DNA from: Candidatus Binatia bacterium
Lineage (GTDB): Bacteria > Desulfobacterota > Binatia > Bin18
Assembly (NCBI GenBank): GCA_963664395.2
Contig: OY761159.2
Location: 4,608,001 to 4,672,000, forward strand
Direction of reading: 5' to 3'
Length of the DNA stretch: 64,000 bases
Shown here: piece by piece, positions 29,475-39,581 of the stretch
How the letters are laid out: every line of letters begins with the position of its first letter
How positions within the stretch are numbered: position 1 is the first letter of the stretch
The notes under the pieces: model-generated
The model's database searches: none
What the model saw: the letters and a program-made list of their open reading frames with translations, nothing else
What the model was told of the DNA's origin: nothing
Made by a program: the position numbers and the translations under genes

Positions 29475-30380
29475 CTAGCGATTTTGAGCGGGACGGATGA
29501 CTGCCAATGCCTGAGGAATCGCCCGCAGCGTGACCGGCAGAGAGCCCAGGCGCTCGCCGTCGGCGTAAACATCGCCCGGGATTTCCGAACGGATATTTAT
29601 TTCTCTCCCGCGCAGACTCTCAATGCCGGTCAGGTAGACGTGGCTGCCGTTAAAAACGCGCGGAAAGGCCCGCAGCAATAGTTCCCACTTGCCCATCCCG
29701 TGCGCCATACAGGCGTCCAGGATACCATCGTCAACTCGGGCGGCGGGCACGAGTTGCATGCCCCGCCCCGAACTTCCCAGGTTGCCGACAGCAATGAGCC
29801 AGCTATAGCAGCGCTGCTCATGACCATCGCAGGTAATAGTGAACGTCTGCGGAGAGGAAAGAAAGACTGAGAGAACTGTCAACAACGAATAGACGGCGTT
29901 GAAGCGCAAGCGGCCCAACAGGTTTGCCCGGCGGTTAATCTCCGCCGCGAGGCCGACCAGGGCAATAGACAAGAAATAGCGCTCATCCGCCTGCCCAACG
30001 TCAATACGGGGGGCGGGCTGGGCAGCGTACGCGCCATATTGAGCGATCAGCTCACACGCCTCGGTCAGGCGCAGCGGGATACCCAAGCCGCGCGCAATGT
30101 CGTTTCCGCGTCCGGCCGGAATGATGCCCAAAGTCGTATGAGTCCCGACCAGGCTATTTGCTACCGCATGTAGTAAGCCGTCGCCGCCCACTCCGACCAC
30201 CAGAGCGCAGCCATCTACGACTGCCTGATGGGCCAATACGCCGGGATCAGTGGGCGAGCTGCTGTACAGCACTTCGTGTTGTAATCCAAGACGCTGAAGC
30301 TCCAGGCTGGCCTGGTGGGCAATCGCAGCTCCCTGTCCTCCACCCGCAGTTGGATTGACAATAAGGCGTGGGGCGGACAT
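29475..30380 (-). CDS. Diacylglycerol/sphingosine kinase family (YegS/Rv2252/BmrU) lipid kinase
   Basis: VNPTAGGG, GGDG, IPAGRGNDIARGLG, DDGILD, YADGE motifs. Confidence 0.92.
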   Translation of the reverse strand: MSAPRLIVNPTAGGGQGAAIAHQASLELQRLGLQHEVLYSSSPTDPGVLAHQAVVDGCALVVGVGGDGLLHAVANSLVGTHTTLGIIPAGRGNDIARGLGIPLRLTEACELIAQYGAYAAQPAPRIDVGQADERYFLSIALVGLAAEINRRANLLGRLRFNAVYSLLTVLSVFLSSPQTFTITCDGHEQRCYSWLIAVGNLGSSGRGMQLVPAARVDDGILDACMAHGMGKWELLLRAFPRVFNGSHVYLTGIESLRGREINIRSEIPGDVYADGERLGSLPVTLRAIPQALAVIRPAQNR

Positions 30381-30394
30381 CCGGTTTCTCGCCT

Positions 30395-31705
30395 TTACTC
30401 GCTCGACCGGAGCCCGCCGCGCTCAAGGTGCGCCTGCACAAAATTTCGACTCCCGTCCGCGGCCATACTGGCTGAGGCAGAGAGTTCGAGGCACAGAGCC
30501 GTGGCCGCGATGATTTGTGCAAACCGATATACCTTGCCCTCTCCCAAACAGTCCAGCAGTTGCAGATATGAGCGCGCATGGGGCAGACTCGTCCCCCCAC
30601 CGAGCGTGCCAACTTCCAGCCCGGCAAACCGAATAGAGAGGTGCAGTCCGGCACTGCCAGGACTGGCCGTCACCTGGGCCATACTGCTTGTTCCAACCAT
30701 GCCCAGGTCCTGACCTGTCGCAGCAAAAATAGCCGCTATGGCTGAGGCTGGAGTAAACGCAAAAGATTGCATTCCACTCGCGTGTGCGCCGTGCAGTCCG
30801 GCATGTTCCAAGGCGAGGATGTCAGCCGCCTCAATGCGTAAAACGCGCCGGAGGACGGCATTCGGCAGCGTCGTCTCGGCATGAACAACCTTGCCATGCC
30901 CAGGAAACTGGAAAAATGCATGACTCGGTTTTTTATCGCCCCCCATATTGGCTTCGAGAAATATACGCAGCGGCGTCATACCCGACTCTGCTGAGAAACG
31001 CTCGCTGATATAGGCATGATTCAACGCATAGGCGTTGCGCGTTATCATATTGGGCCCACAGGCATCGCCCGTTGTAAAACGGTATAATACGTGACACATG
31101 GGTCCGACCACATGGGTCTGCACCTCATGCAGCACCGCATGCCGACTGAGCAAAAGGCCTGTATCTGAGGGCAAGGAACGGGCCGGACCTTTGAGCCAGG
31201 CAGCCATGTCAGCGGCATGAGCTGCTACCCACTGAGACAGGGCGAGGGCCTCTTGCGTAGAAGAAAACACAAAGCACGAGTCTCGTGTCATCCGGTCGGC
31301 CAGCACGTGAGTGCGGACTCCACCCGCAAGCGCCACGGCAGTCACTCCGCGTTGAAGTGAGGCTGAGAGTCCGCCTTCGGTATGGGCCAGAGGAACGAAG
31401 ACCTGCTCTTCTTGTCGGCCACGCTCGTGCAGGTGTCCCTGTGGGTCAAGTTCGTATTGTCCCCAGTTCAACGCCAGCGGTCCAACGACACCGACAGGCA
31501 ATGTCATCCGGCCAGTCAAACACTCTTGGAAAGGGGCCAGCGCATCGAGTGGGCCGTCTAACACGTGCTGGTATTCATCCCCCCAGTGCGCCAGTGTCCG
31601 CAGGCGTTCTTGGCGTTCTGCAATCCCTTGGGGAGTATTCCCCCGCGGCCAACGTGGGAAACGAGAAGCGGAGGCGCTTGTATCGGGCTGGCGCGGCCCA
31701 TTCAT
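30395..31705 (-). CDS. Divergent class I HMG-CoA reductase-like oxidoreductase
   Basis: PVGVVGPL, VPLAHTEGGL, MTR, TGDACGPNM, NMGGDKK, ATGQD, VGTLGGGT, C-terminal FVQAH. Confidence 0.85.
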   Translation of the reverse strand: MNGPRQPDTSASASRFPRWPRGNTPQGIAERQERLRTLAHWGDEYQHVLDGPLDALAPFQECLTGRMTLPVGVVGPLALNWGQYELDPQGHLHERGRQEEQVFVPLAHTEGGLSASLQRGVTAVALAGGVRTHVLADRMTRDSCFVFSSTQEALALSQWVAAHAADMAAWLKGPARSLPSDTGLLLSRHAVLHEVQTHVVGPMCHVLYRFTTGDACGPNMITRNAYALNHAYISERFSAESGMTPLRIFLEANMGGDKKPSHAFFQFPGHGKVVHAETTLPNAVLRRVLRIEAADILALEHAGLHGAHASGMQSFAFTPASAIAAIFAATGQDLGMVGTSSMAQVTASPGSAGLHLSIRFAGLEVGTLGGGTSLPHARSYLQLLDCLGEGKVYRFAQIIAATALCLELSASASMAADGSRNFVQAHLERGGLRSSE

Positions 31706-32481
31706 TCTTCTGCCGGCCCTTCTGCCAACTCTTCTGTTTTATGGAGGTGGAGACGCCGGGCCTTGTTCTCAATGTCTCGCTTCACCTTGCCAAACAAAGT
31801 CTGCCCATCAATGCCGATCAGGAGCGCCTCGGATTTAAGCGCCGTATACATCGCCTCCATAAGCCGTAACAATTCGTCCCGCATCTTGAGAAAGACAGGG
31901 CCGAACTGGGGTTCACGTTCCAACGCCGCTCGTAAGTAGAGTTCAGCAAACGCGAGATGGCGGGCCTCATCTTGCACGATACGGCTCGCAATAGAGGCAA
32001 AGAGAGAATCGGGGTGGGCTTTTACCAAAATGCTGTAGAAATGGCGGGCAAGAATATCGCTGAGGAGTATCCCCCACAGCCATTCAACCCGATCTCGCGA
32101 TTTGAACAATCGCGCCTGATAGCGGAACATATCTTTGAGCTGACGGACTTCAAGCGGGCGCTGATTCAGAGTGTTATAGAATCGAGTCAATATATCGAAA
32201 TGCCGGGCTTCGTCCAAAAGAAAGGTCGAGAGATAGAGTTGGGCTTCTGTCTCATGGGCGGCAAAACACTGCGGGATGGTCGAGCTGGCACCGATCATAG
32301 CCGTTTGCTCCCCCAGATAGATGGGGGTCAGCACCATAGCTAAAGCGCGCTGTTCGTGACGGTCGAGGGACAACGGCTGCGTCCAGTCAATTTCAGCCGC
32401 TGACCACTGGCCCTCAACGCCCTTCCGAAACAGGTCCATGAGCTTGGCGTTCTCGATGCGGGGAAAAACCCGAATCACCAT
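31702..32481 (-). CDS. Ferritin-like diiron protein (R2lox/AurF-like)
   Basis: QW...IDW, GEQTA, two DEARH motifs. GGAGAGG RBS; stop overlaps the start of the reductase-like gene. Confidence 0.85.
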   Translation of the reverse strand: MVIRVFPRIENAKLMDLFRKGVEGQWSAAEIDWTQPLSLDRHEQRALAMVLTPIYLGEQTAMIGASSTIPQCFAAHETEAQLYLSTFLLDEARHFDILTRFYNTLNQRPLEVRQLKDMFRYQARLFKSRDRVEWLWGILLSDILARHFYSILVKAHPDSLFASIASRIVQDEARHLAFAELYLRAALEREPQFGPVFLKMRDELLRLMEAMYTALKSEALLIGIDGQTLFGKVKRDIENKARRLHLHKTEELAEGPAEE

Positions 32482-32653
32482 CCCCAACCCCTCTCCATTG
32501 CCTGACGTGAGGCAGCACCATAGCAACCCCTCCCCTAGTACTCAAGTAAACGCCTGAGCAGGAAGTTTGGTATTCGATATCGCCGCGTGCGTCCGACAGG
32601 TATCGGAACGGCAGATATAAACGATTTCTCAATGTGGTTTTGGCAATACAGCC

Positions 32654-34123
32654 CTACAGCGGCTTCGCTACACACTCGGCAAACACCGCCTCAGCTGCGG
32701 CTTCTCCACTCCGCACGCAGTCGGCAAGACCAACGCCGCGATAGGCGTTGCCGGCAAGCGCCAGACCTGGATGCTCGGCCACCCGTTTTTCAATCTCACC
32801 AACGAGCTGAAGATGGCCGACGCGATACTGCGGCATGGAGCGCGGATAGCGGGCAATGCGGGTCAGGAGGGGTTCGGCTTCAATCCCAAGCAACTGTTGC
32901 AGTTCACTGCGTACCAGAGCGCGGATTTCAGCATCATCGCGCTCAAACAGCTCCGCCTGAAGTGCGCCACCAACAAACGTTCGTAACAGGGCATGATCGC
33001 TCGGAGATCGTCCGGAATATTTCACGCTCGAAAAAGTCCCGGCAATAATCGAACGCCGCTCCACTCGTGGCACCACAAAACCAAAACCGTTCAGCGGATG
33101 GGGAATCTGGTCCCGACGATAGGCCATATTCACCGTTGCTGCGGAGCTGTAGGTGATGCAGGAGAGTTGCTGACTCAAGGACCGATCAAGCGCGCACACA
33201 AGATGCGCCGCAGCAAAGGCTGGCGTCGCCAGCACGAGGCCATCGGCCTGGAGGGTTGAGCCGTCGTCACATTCTACGTTCCAGCGTGAGCCGTTCGCGT
33301 TTTCAGGCTGATAGCGGACACTCGTCGCAGGACAACTCTGGCGAATGGTTCCTGATGAGAGCCGTTCGGTTAGGACAGAAACGAGGCGCTGCATTCCGGT
33401 TTGCAGGGTCACAAACAAACTCCAGCGCGCCCCACTCGTTCCCTTGGCCGTCTGAGGATTACGGCGAGCTGCCCGCCAGAGCGCATAAATCACGCTCCGA
33501 TAGTCACGCTCCATTTGAAGAAAACGAGGCATGGTCGCAGCAAGGCTGAGTTGGTCGGGGTCAGCCGTATATATGCCGCCGATTAGGGGTTGAGCAATGC
33601 GTTCGAGCGCTTCTCGGCCAAGGCGACGGCGTACAAACGAGCCAAGGCTCTCATCCGCTTGTTCCGACGCCCGGGGCAGGAGCAGGTCGAGCGCCATGCG
33701 AAATTTCCCCGACCAGGAAAAAATACGGGATTGGATCAAAGGACCAAGCTGGGTGGGCGCTAATAGCATGAACCCCTGCGGCAGTGGCTCAAGCCTCCCC
33801 TTGTGCACCACAAATGTGGCCCGATGCGCGTTGTTAGTGCCCATCAGTTCGGGCTCAAGACCAAGACGGCGACACAGGGCCAAGGCCCAAGGTTTTTCCG
33901 AAATAAATGAGTCCGGGCCGAGTTCAAGCAGAAAATCGTCTCGCTGCTCTGTTGCAATGACTCCGCCTAGCCGATCGCTGGATTCAAGCACTGTAAATCG
34001 AAGCGGCTGATCACGCTCCCGGCTTAATTCTTCGAGTTTGTACGCAGCGGCCAGACCGGTAATACCACCACCAACGATCACAATATGGAGAACCGGACTG
34101 CTGTCCGATGGAGAAAGAGACAT
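32654..34123 (-). CDS. hemY: Protoporphyrinogen/coproporphyrinogen oxidase (HemY family)
   Basis: GGGITGLAAA, ELGPDSF, GIYTADP..LS, GFGFVVP, MPQY.VGH, GVGLADC. Confidence 0.93.
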   Translation of the reverse strand: MSLSPSDSSPVLHIVIVGGGITGLAAAYKLEELSRERDQPLRFTVLESSDRLGGVIATEQRDDFLLELGPDSFISEKPWALALCRRLGLEPELMGTNNAHRATFVVHKGRLEPLPQGFMLLAPTQLGPLIQSRIFSWSGKFRMALDLLLPRASEQADESLGSFVRRRLGREALERIAQPLIGGIYTADPDQLSLAATMPRFLQMERDYRSVIYALWRAARRNPQTAKGTSGARWSLFVTLQTGMQRLVSVLTERLSSGTIRQSCPATSVRYQPENANGSRWNVECDDGSTLQADGLVLATPAFAAAHLVCALDRSLSQQLSCITYSSAATVNMAYRRDQIPHPLNGFGFVVPRVERRSIIAGTFSSVKYSGRSPSDHALLRTFVGGALQAELFERDDAEIRALVRSELQQLLGIEAEPLLTRIARYPRSMPQYRVGHLQLVGEIEKRVAEHPGLALAGNAYRGVGLADCVRSGEAAAEAVFAECVAKPL

Positions 34124-34142
34124 GCGCGGAAGTTTCTACAGC

Positions 34143-35075
34143 CTATTGATTCAGGGTTGATTGGACCACCTCAGCTATCATCTGAATAAAAATTGGATGA
34201 TCGTTGACGGTCCGGGCACGGATCATATTGAGTCCGTTCCGTTCGGCAATCTCCTTCGCTTCCGTATCCAGATCATATAGAACTTCGATATGGTCACACA
34301 CGAATCCAATAGGCACGACGACCACATCTTGAGTTCCCTGCGCAGCCAGGCTCTTGAGCACATCGCCGATATCCGGCTCCAGCCACGGCGCTTGGGGTGG
34401 GCCGCTCCGACTTTGATAGGCAACACACCAGTTTTCGAGTCCAATGCGCTCGGCGACTAAGCGTGCGCCTTCTTCGACTTGTCGGACGTAGGCGGCGGAG
34501 GCTTGGGTACTGGGCATGGCCGTCGGTATACTGTGCGCGGTAAATACCAAAGGCGTTGCAGCACGGCGGTCTGCCGGGATATGCGAAAACGCCTGCTTTG
34601 TCAGATCGGCAACCGCGTGAATGAATAAGGGGTGATTATGCCAGCCAGGGGTGAAGGTAACGTGGGGAGCAAGAGACCCTACAGTTTCTCTCGCCTCTTC
34701 CACATTCGTCTTATACCGCTCCCAGCCGGCCTCGCTTTGCTGAGCGGAAAGAATGAAGCCAACGGCATTTTTCACTCCATCCTTCCCCATCTGTTCCAGA
34801 GTCTCGCCTATATAGGGATGCCAGTTTCGCATGCCAACATACACCGGCAGTTGGGGACCTTCTTGCGCCAAGAGGCGTCGGAGTGCCTGCGCTTGTCGAA
34901 AGGTGATCTCGTTCAAAGGCGAGCGTCCGTCAAAAAGCTCGTAGTGTCGGACGACTTCTTGCAGTCGGGCTGGCGGCACCGGACGACCGCGCAGGACATT
35001 TGCCAAAAAGGGCCGCACGTCATCCATTTTCTCCGGCCCGCCAAAGGCGATCAGCAAAACTGCATCGTATTGCAT
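34143..35075 (-). CDS. hemH: Ferrochelatase (HemH/CpfC)
   Basis: FGGPE, SPLN, GMRNWHP, FTAHSIP, YQSRSG...WLEPD, GFVCDHIEVLYDLD. Confidence 0.95.
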   Translation of the reverse strand: MQYDAVLLIAFGGPEKMDDVRPFLANVLRGRPVPPARLQEVVRHYELFDGRSPLNEITFRQAQALRRLLAQEGPQLPVYVGMRNWHPYIGETLEQMGKDGVKNAVGFILSAQQSEAGWERYKTNVEEARETVGSLAPHVTFTPGWHNHPLFIHAVADLTKQAFSHIPADRRAATPLVFTAHSIPTAMPSTQASAAYVRQVEEGARLVAERIGLENWCVAYQSRSGPPQAPWLEPDIGDVLKSLAAQGTQDVVVVPIGFVCDHIEVLYDLDTEAKEIAERNGLNMIRARTVNDHPIFIQMIAEVVQSTLNQ

Positions 35076-35103
35076 ATGAAGTAAAGCGTAAAATCTGACC
35101 CGT

Positions 35104-36138
35104 TCACGTTTCACGGCTAGAGAGCTCGTGCACCATGTCGACCAGCGCAATCACATTATCAACTGGAGTTTGCGGCAAAATTCCGTGACCCAGGTTGAAG
35201 ATGTGCCCTGCCCTGCCCTTGGCCTCGTCCAGGATACGTTGCACTTGCTTGCGTAGTTCATCCAGTGGAGCAAAAAGAGCCAATGGATCAAGATTCCCCT
35301 GCACTGCCCGATCTGCACCGATCCGCCGCCACGCGGCCTCAAGATCAACCCGCCAGTCTACACCAATCACATCCCCGCCCGCTTCGGCCAGAAGCTCCAG
35401 CAGGCCGGCTGTTCCCGTACCAAAATGGATGAGAGGGATGCCCGGCGTAATCCCTTGGACGAGCGTCTGCATATGGGGCAACAAATAGGTTCGATAGTCC
35501 TGGGGGGCCAGACAGCCTACCCATGAGTCAAAGAGCTGAATGGCCTGCGCACCTGCGGTAATCTGGCCATTCACATAGGCGGTGATCACACGAACCAGAT
35601 GCTCCATGAGCGCGTTCCAGGCAGCCGGCTCCTGGTACATGAGGCGCTTGGTTTCCAGATACTGACGTGACGCTCCGCCCTCAATCAAATACGACGCGAG
35701 GGTGAAAGGCGCGCCTGAGAAACCGATCAAGGGGATGTGACTCGGTAAGCCACGGCGAATCTGCCGGACTGCCTCAAACACAAAAGGGACCGACTCTCCC
35801 GGCGGAACCTCTCTAAGAGAGTCAATATCTTTTCCTGAACGAACAGGACGGTGGATGACCGGCCCATCACCTTGGGCAAACTCCAGCCCAACGCCCATTG
35901 GCTCAATAACGAGGAGGATATCGGAAAAAAGAATGGCCGCATCCACGCCGAGGCGTTCAACCGCTTCGATCGTCACTTGCGCGGCTAAATCGGGGGTCTT
36001 GCACAATGCGAGAAACGGGACGCGTTCGCGTAACGCCCGATATTCGGCCATATACCGCCCAGCCTGTCGCATGAGCCATACGGGGGTATGCGGGGTCGGC
36101 TCCCCCCGGCAGGCACGTAGAAAAACCGGCGTCTCCAT
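35104..36138 (-). CDS. hemE: Uroporphyrinogen decarboxylase
   Basis: PVWLMRQAGRY, FSDIL, GAPFTLASY, FDSW, QGNLDP, NLGHG. Confidence 0.97.
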   Translation of the reverse strand: METPVFLRACRGEPTPHTPVWLMRQAGRYMAEYRALRERVPFLALCKTPDLAAQVTIEAVERLGVDAAILFSDILLVIEPMGVGLEFAQGDGPVIHRPVRSGKDIDSLREVPPGESVPFVFEAVRQIRRGLPSHIPLIGFSGAPFTLASYLIEGGASRQYLETKRLMYQEPAAWNALMEHLVRVITAYVNGQITAGAQAIQLFDSWVGCLAPQDYRTYLLPHMQTLVQGITPGIPLIHFGTGTAGLLELLAEAGGDVIGVDWRVDLEAAWRRIGADRAVQGNLDPLALFAPLDELRKQVQRILDEAKGRAGHIFNLGHGILPQTPVDNVIALVDMVHELSSRET

Positions 36139-36241
36139 GACTGGCTAAACTACCACATGGTCGAAGGACAGCAGAAGCCCCGCTCCTCTTGCTGTCCGCT
36201 CCATGCTTCGGATACAAAACAAGAGAAAAAGGAGTGGAGCT

Positions 36242-37105
36242 ATGACGGACACAGGCACCCATCATGTGGCAACGGTGAATGGATTTCGGATGCACTACAT
36301 TATTGCCGGCTCAGGCTACCCCTTAGTTTTTGTCCACGGCTGGCCGCAGAGCTGTTATGAGTGGCACAAGATTATTGGTCCTCTGTCGGAGCAGTTCACG
36401 GTCATCACACCCGACTTGCGTGGCTTGGGAGATTCCGAGCGCCCCCTGAGCGGGTATGACAAACGCACCCTGGCTTCAGACGTGTATGAACTCGTCACCT
36501 CACTCGGCTTTGAGAAAATCGGACTGACCGGCCATGACTGGGGCGGCGCGGTCTCGTATTATTTTGCCTACGATCACCCGGAAATGGTCGAGCGGCTGAT
36601 GATACTGGATATGATTCCCGGCCTGGGCCGCACAGGCGAAAAGATGGATATCGCAGTTGCCCAGCGACTCTGGCACGTCTTCTTTCACGCCGGTATGCCC
36701 GACTTGGCCGAAAAGCTGGTGAGTAATAATGTCGAAACCTATTTGCGTCATTTCTATAATTCAACCGTCTACAACTATAGCCCGCAGGTGTTCACAGACG
36801 AGGATGTCGCCGAATACGTCCGGGTCTATTCCGCGCCAGGAGCGCTGCGCGCCGGGTTCCAGTATTACCGCACGGGCATTAACGAAGACTTGGAGAGCCT
36901 GAGCGCGTGTACTGAAAAACTCAAAATGCCGGTCCGAGCCTGGGGCGGCCAGACCTTTCTGGGTGACCTCGTCCCCATTTGGCAAGGAGTGGCAGAAAAC
37001 GTGACAGGCGGCCAGGTAGAAGAGTGCGGCCACTTTATTGCGGAAGAAAAGCCGGATTTTGTCATTGCCCAAGCCCAGGAGTTTTTTGGTCCTTTACAAG
37101 AATGA
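36242..37105 (+). CDS. Alpha/beta hydrolase, epoxide hydrolase/dehalogenase-like
   Basis: HGWP, PDLRGLGDS, GHDWGG (Asp nucleophile), CGHF..EE; AGGAG RBS. Confidence 0.9.
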   Translation: MTDTGTHHVATVNGFRMHYIIAGSGYPLVFVHGWPQSCYEWHKIIGPLSEQFTVITPDLRGLGDSERPLSGYDKRTLASDVYELVTSLGFEKIGLTGHDWGGAVSYYFAYDHPEMVERLMILDMIPGLGRTGEKMDIAVAQRLWHVFFHAGMPDLAEKLVSNNVETYLRHFYNSTVYNYSPQVFTDEDVAEYVRVYSAPGALRAGFQYYRTGINEDLESLSACTEKLKMPVRAWGGQTFLGDLVPIWQGVAENVTGGQVEECGHFIAEEKPDFVIAQAQEFFGPLQE

Positions 37106-37195
37106 ATGCAGGGTGAGCGGGATTTCCCGTCGGTCGTTGGAACCGTTTGAAGATGGTTCGACTTCGCCTATAATCCGGTTGGTGGAGGTGGATGT

Positions 37196-39580
37196 ATGAA
37201 AGAAGCGGCGGTGGCGGAAAAAATTCTTACCACAGACCTCGGGGTTGAAGCGGAAGCCCGCTATCTCAATTACGCGCTCAGTGTTATTACCTCACGGGCC
37301 CTGCCCGATATTCGTGACGGTCTCAAGCCGGTACAGCGGCGGCTGCTGTACGCCATGCACCAGAACCTGCATCTTGGTGGCGATGCCCGGCCCCGTAAAT
37401 CGGCAGCTGTTGTGGGTGAAGTCCTGGGCAAATACCATCCGCATGGAGACCAGGCCGCCTACGATGCCATGGTTCGCTTGGCGCAGCCGTTCTCGCTCCG
37501 CTATCCGCTGGTTCAGGGGGAAGGAAATTTCGGCTCGCTCGATGGCGATAGTGCGGCGGCCATGCGCTACACCGAGGCCAAGCTCGCGCCCTTATCCGAA
37601 GAGCTGTTCCGTGACCTGCGCGGCGCGACCATTCCGTACCGTCCCAACTATGACGCCACTCTGAATGAGCCGGTCGTCCTCCCGTCCGGTATTCCCCAAC
37701 TCCTGCTCAACGGAGCGAGCGGCATTGCCGTTGGTATGGCTACCAGTATTCCGCCGCATAACTTTACAGAAGTAATCAAGGCCCTGCTGGCAATGATTGA
37801 TGACCCGACACTGACCAGCGCTGGATTGCTCAAACATATCAAAGGCCCGGACTTTCCAACCGGCGGTGAGATACTTACCAGTAAGCACGAGCTGCGAGAT
37901 ATCTACGAAAAGGGCCAAGGGACGATCAAACTGCGCGGAGAATGGAAGGTTGAGGACCTGCCCCGCGGGAAGCGTCAGGTCATCGTGACCTCCCTGCCGT
38001 ATACCGTCAACAAGGCCCAATTGGTGGAAAAGATCGCCGAATTCGTCAGCAGCCGAAAAATCCCGCAAGTCGTCGATGTCCGGGACGAATCGACAGACGA
38101 TATTCGTATTGTCCTTGAGCTCAAAGGCAACACCTCAGATGAGCTCGCCATGGCGTATTTGTGTCGCCATACGACGCTGCAAACGTCCTTTTCCGTCAAC
38201 CTGACCTGTCTGATTCCGACCGACAACCCGGAAGTCGGGCAACCCCGGCGCGCCACGTTGTCCGACCTGTGCCGACATTTCCTGGACTTCCGTTTTGAGG
38301 TGGTCACCAAACGCTTTGAACATGAGTTGAGCGAGTTGGAAGCCCGCCTGCATATCCTTGCCGGGCTGGCCCTGATTGCCGACCGGCTCGACACCGTCAT
38401 CCGCCTCATCCGGAACGCGACCTCGCGCAAAGACGCGCGTGAAAAACTTCGGCAGAGTTTTCAATTGGACGAGACGCAGGCCGACGCCATCCTCGATATT
38501 CGCCTCTACCAGCTCGCCCGCTTGGAAGTCGAAAAAATTCAGACCGAACGCCAGGAGAAAGAAACCCGCGCCCAGGAGTTGCGCCGGTTGTTGAGCAGTG
38601 AAAGCCAGCGCTGGACGATCATACGGGACGAACTGGAAGCGCTGGGCAAGCAGTATGGCGACCGACGCCGGACGGCCCTGCGCGCGGGCGAACAGCTCAA
38701 TTACGACCCCGACGCCTATATCGTCCATGAGGAAGCTACGGTCGTCCTCAGCCGCGACGGCTGGATTAAGCGGGTCAGAGAACTCAAGGACCCAACCAGT
38801 ACCCGGCTGCGTGAAGGTGACGACATCAAGGCCGTTCTTCAGGGCACAACCCGTGATCGCCTGGCCGTTTTCACCAACCGGGGTATGCTCTACGTCATAC
38901 GCATTAACACCGTGACGGCGACCACCGGCTATGGAGAACCCATCCAGACCCTGTTCAATTTTCAGGATGGCGAACAGATTGTGACAGTCCGCCTTATCCG
39001 CGACCGCCCGTCGGGAAGCCCGGCCCAAGAGAACGGGACGGGCGCGGCCAAGCCGGGCCAGACCGACCTATTTGCGCCCCCGGCTTCCCCCCAGGTGGCT
39101 GGCGAGCGGGAACCGGCCCTGCTCCTGGCGACGGCCAAGGGCCTGGGGTTTCGTTTTGAGCCCAGTGTCGAAGAAACCACCCGTAACGGGAGAAAAATTG
39201 CCCGTTTGGCCGCAGACGACGCCGTTATTACCGTCCAACCGGTGCGCGGCGGCCGGACGGTGTGTGCCACCGCGTCCGGGTATATCTTGGCCTTTCCAAC
39301 CCAAGATATTGCCGAATTATCCGGAGCCGGACGCGGAGTTATTCTCATGCGCCTGGAGCAAGACGACCGTTTGGTTGGGGCGGTCACAAACGAACCCGGC
39401 GCGGGTGTGACCGTTATCAATACAGACGGGAAAGAGCGGAAAATCCCACTGCGGGAGATTCCGTTAGGCAAACGGGCCGGAAAGGGCCGGCGAGTAGTCA
39501 AACGATCGGTGCTGGTGGGGATGCAGCAAAACGGCGCCCGGCGCGGCGCAAATGGTGGAGTGGAGGAGGCTGAGGCGTAA
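37196..39580 (+). CDS. parC: Type IIA topoisomerase subunit A (ParC/GyrA-like)
   Basis: [22 protein letters not shown], catalytic [16 protein letters not shown]; no recognisable GyrA-box. Confidence 0.85.
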   Translation: MKEAAVAEKILTTDLGVEAEARYLNYALSVITSRALPDIRDGLKPVQRRLLYAMHQNLHLGGDARPRKSAAVVGEVLGKYHPHGDQAAYDAMVRLAQPFSLRYPLVQGEGNFGSLDGDSAAAMRYTEAKLAPLSEELFRDLRGATIPYRPNYDATLNEPVVLPSGIPQLLLNGASGIAVGMATSIPPHNFTEVIKALLAMIDDPTLTSAGLLKHIKGPDFPTGGEILTSKHELRDIYEKGQGTIKLRGEWKVEDLPRGKRQVIVTSLPYTVNKAQLVEKIAEFVSSRKIPQVVDVRDESTDDIRIVLELKGNTSDELAMAYLCRHTTLQTSFSVNLTCLIPTDNPEVGQPRRATLSDLCRHFLDFRFEVVTKRFEHELSELEARLHILAGLALIADRLDTVIRLIRNATSRKDAREKLRQSFQLDETQADAILDIRLYQLARLEVEKIQTERQEKETRAQELRRLLSSESQRWTIIRDELEALGKQYGDRRRTALRAGEQLNYDPDAYIVHEEATVVLSRDGWIKRVRELKDPTSTRLREGDDIKAVLQGTTRDRLAVFTNRGMLYVIRINTVTATTGYGEPIQTLFNFQDGEQIVTVRLIRDRPSGSPAQENGTGAAKPGQTDLFAPPASPQVAGEREPALLLATAKGLGFRFEPSVEETTRNGRKIARLAADDAVITVQPVRGGRTVCATASGYILAFPTQDIAELSGAGRGVILMRLEQDDRLVGAVTNEPGAGVTVINTDGKERKIPLREIPLGKRAGKGRRVVKRSVLVGMQQNGARRGANGGVEEAEA

Positions 39581-39581
39581 T

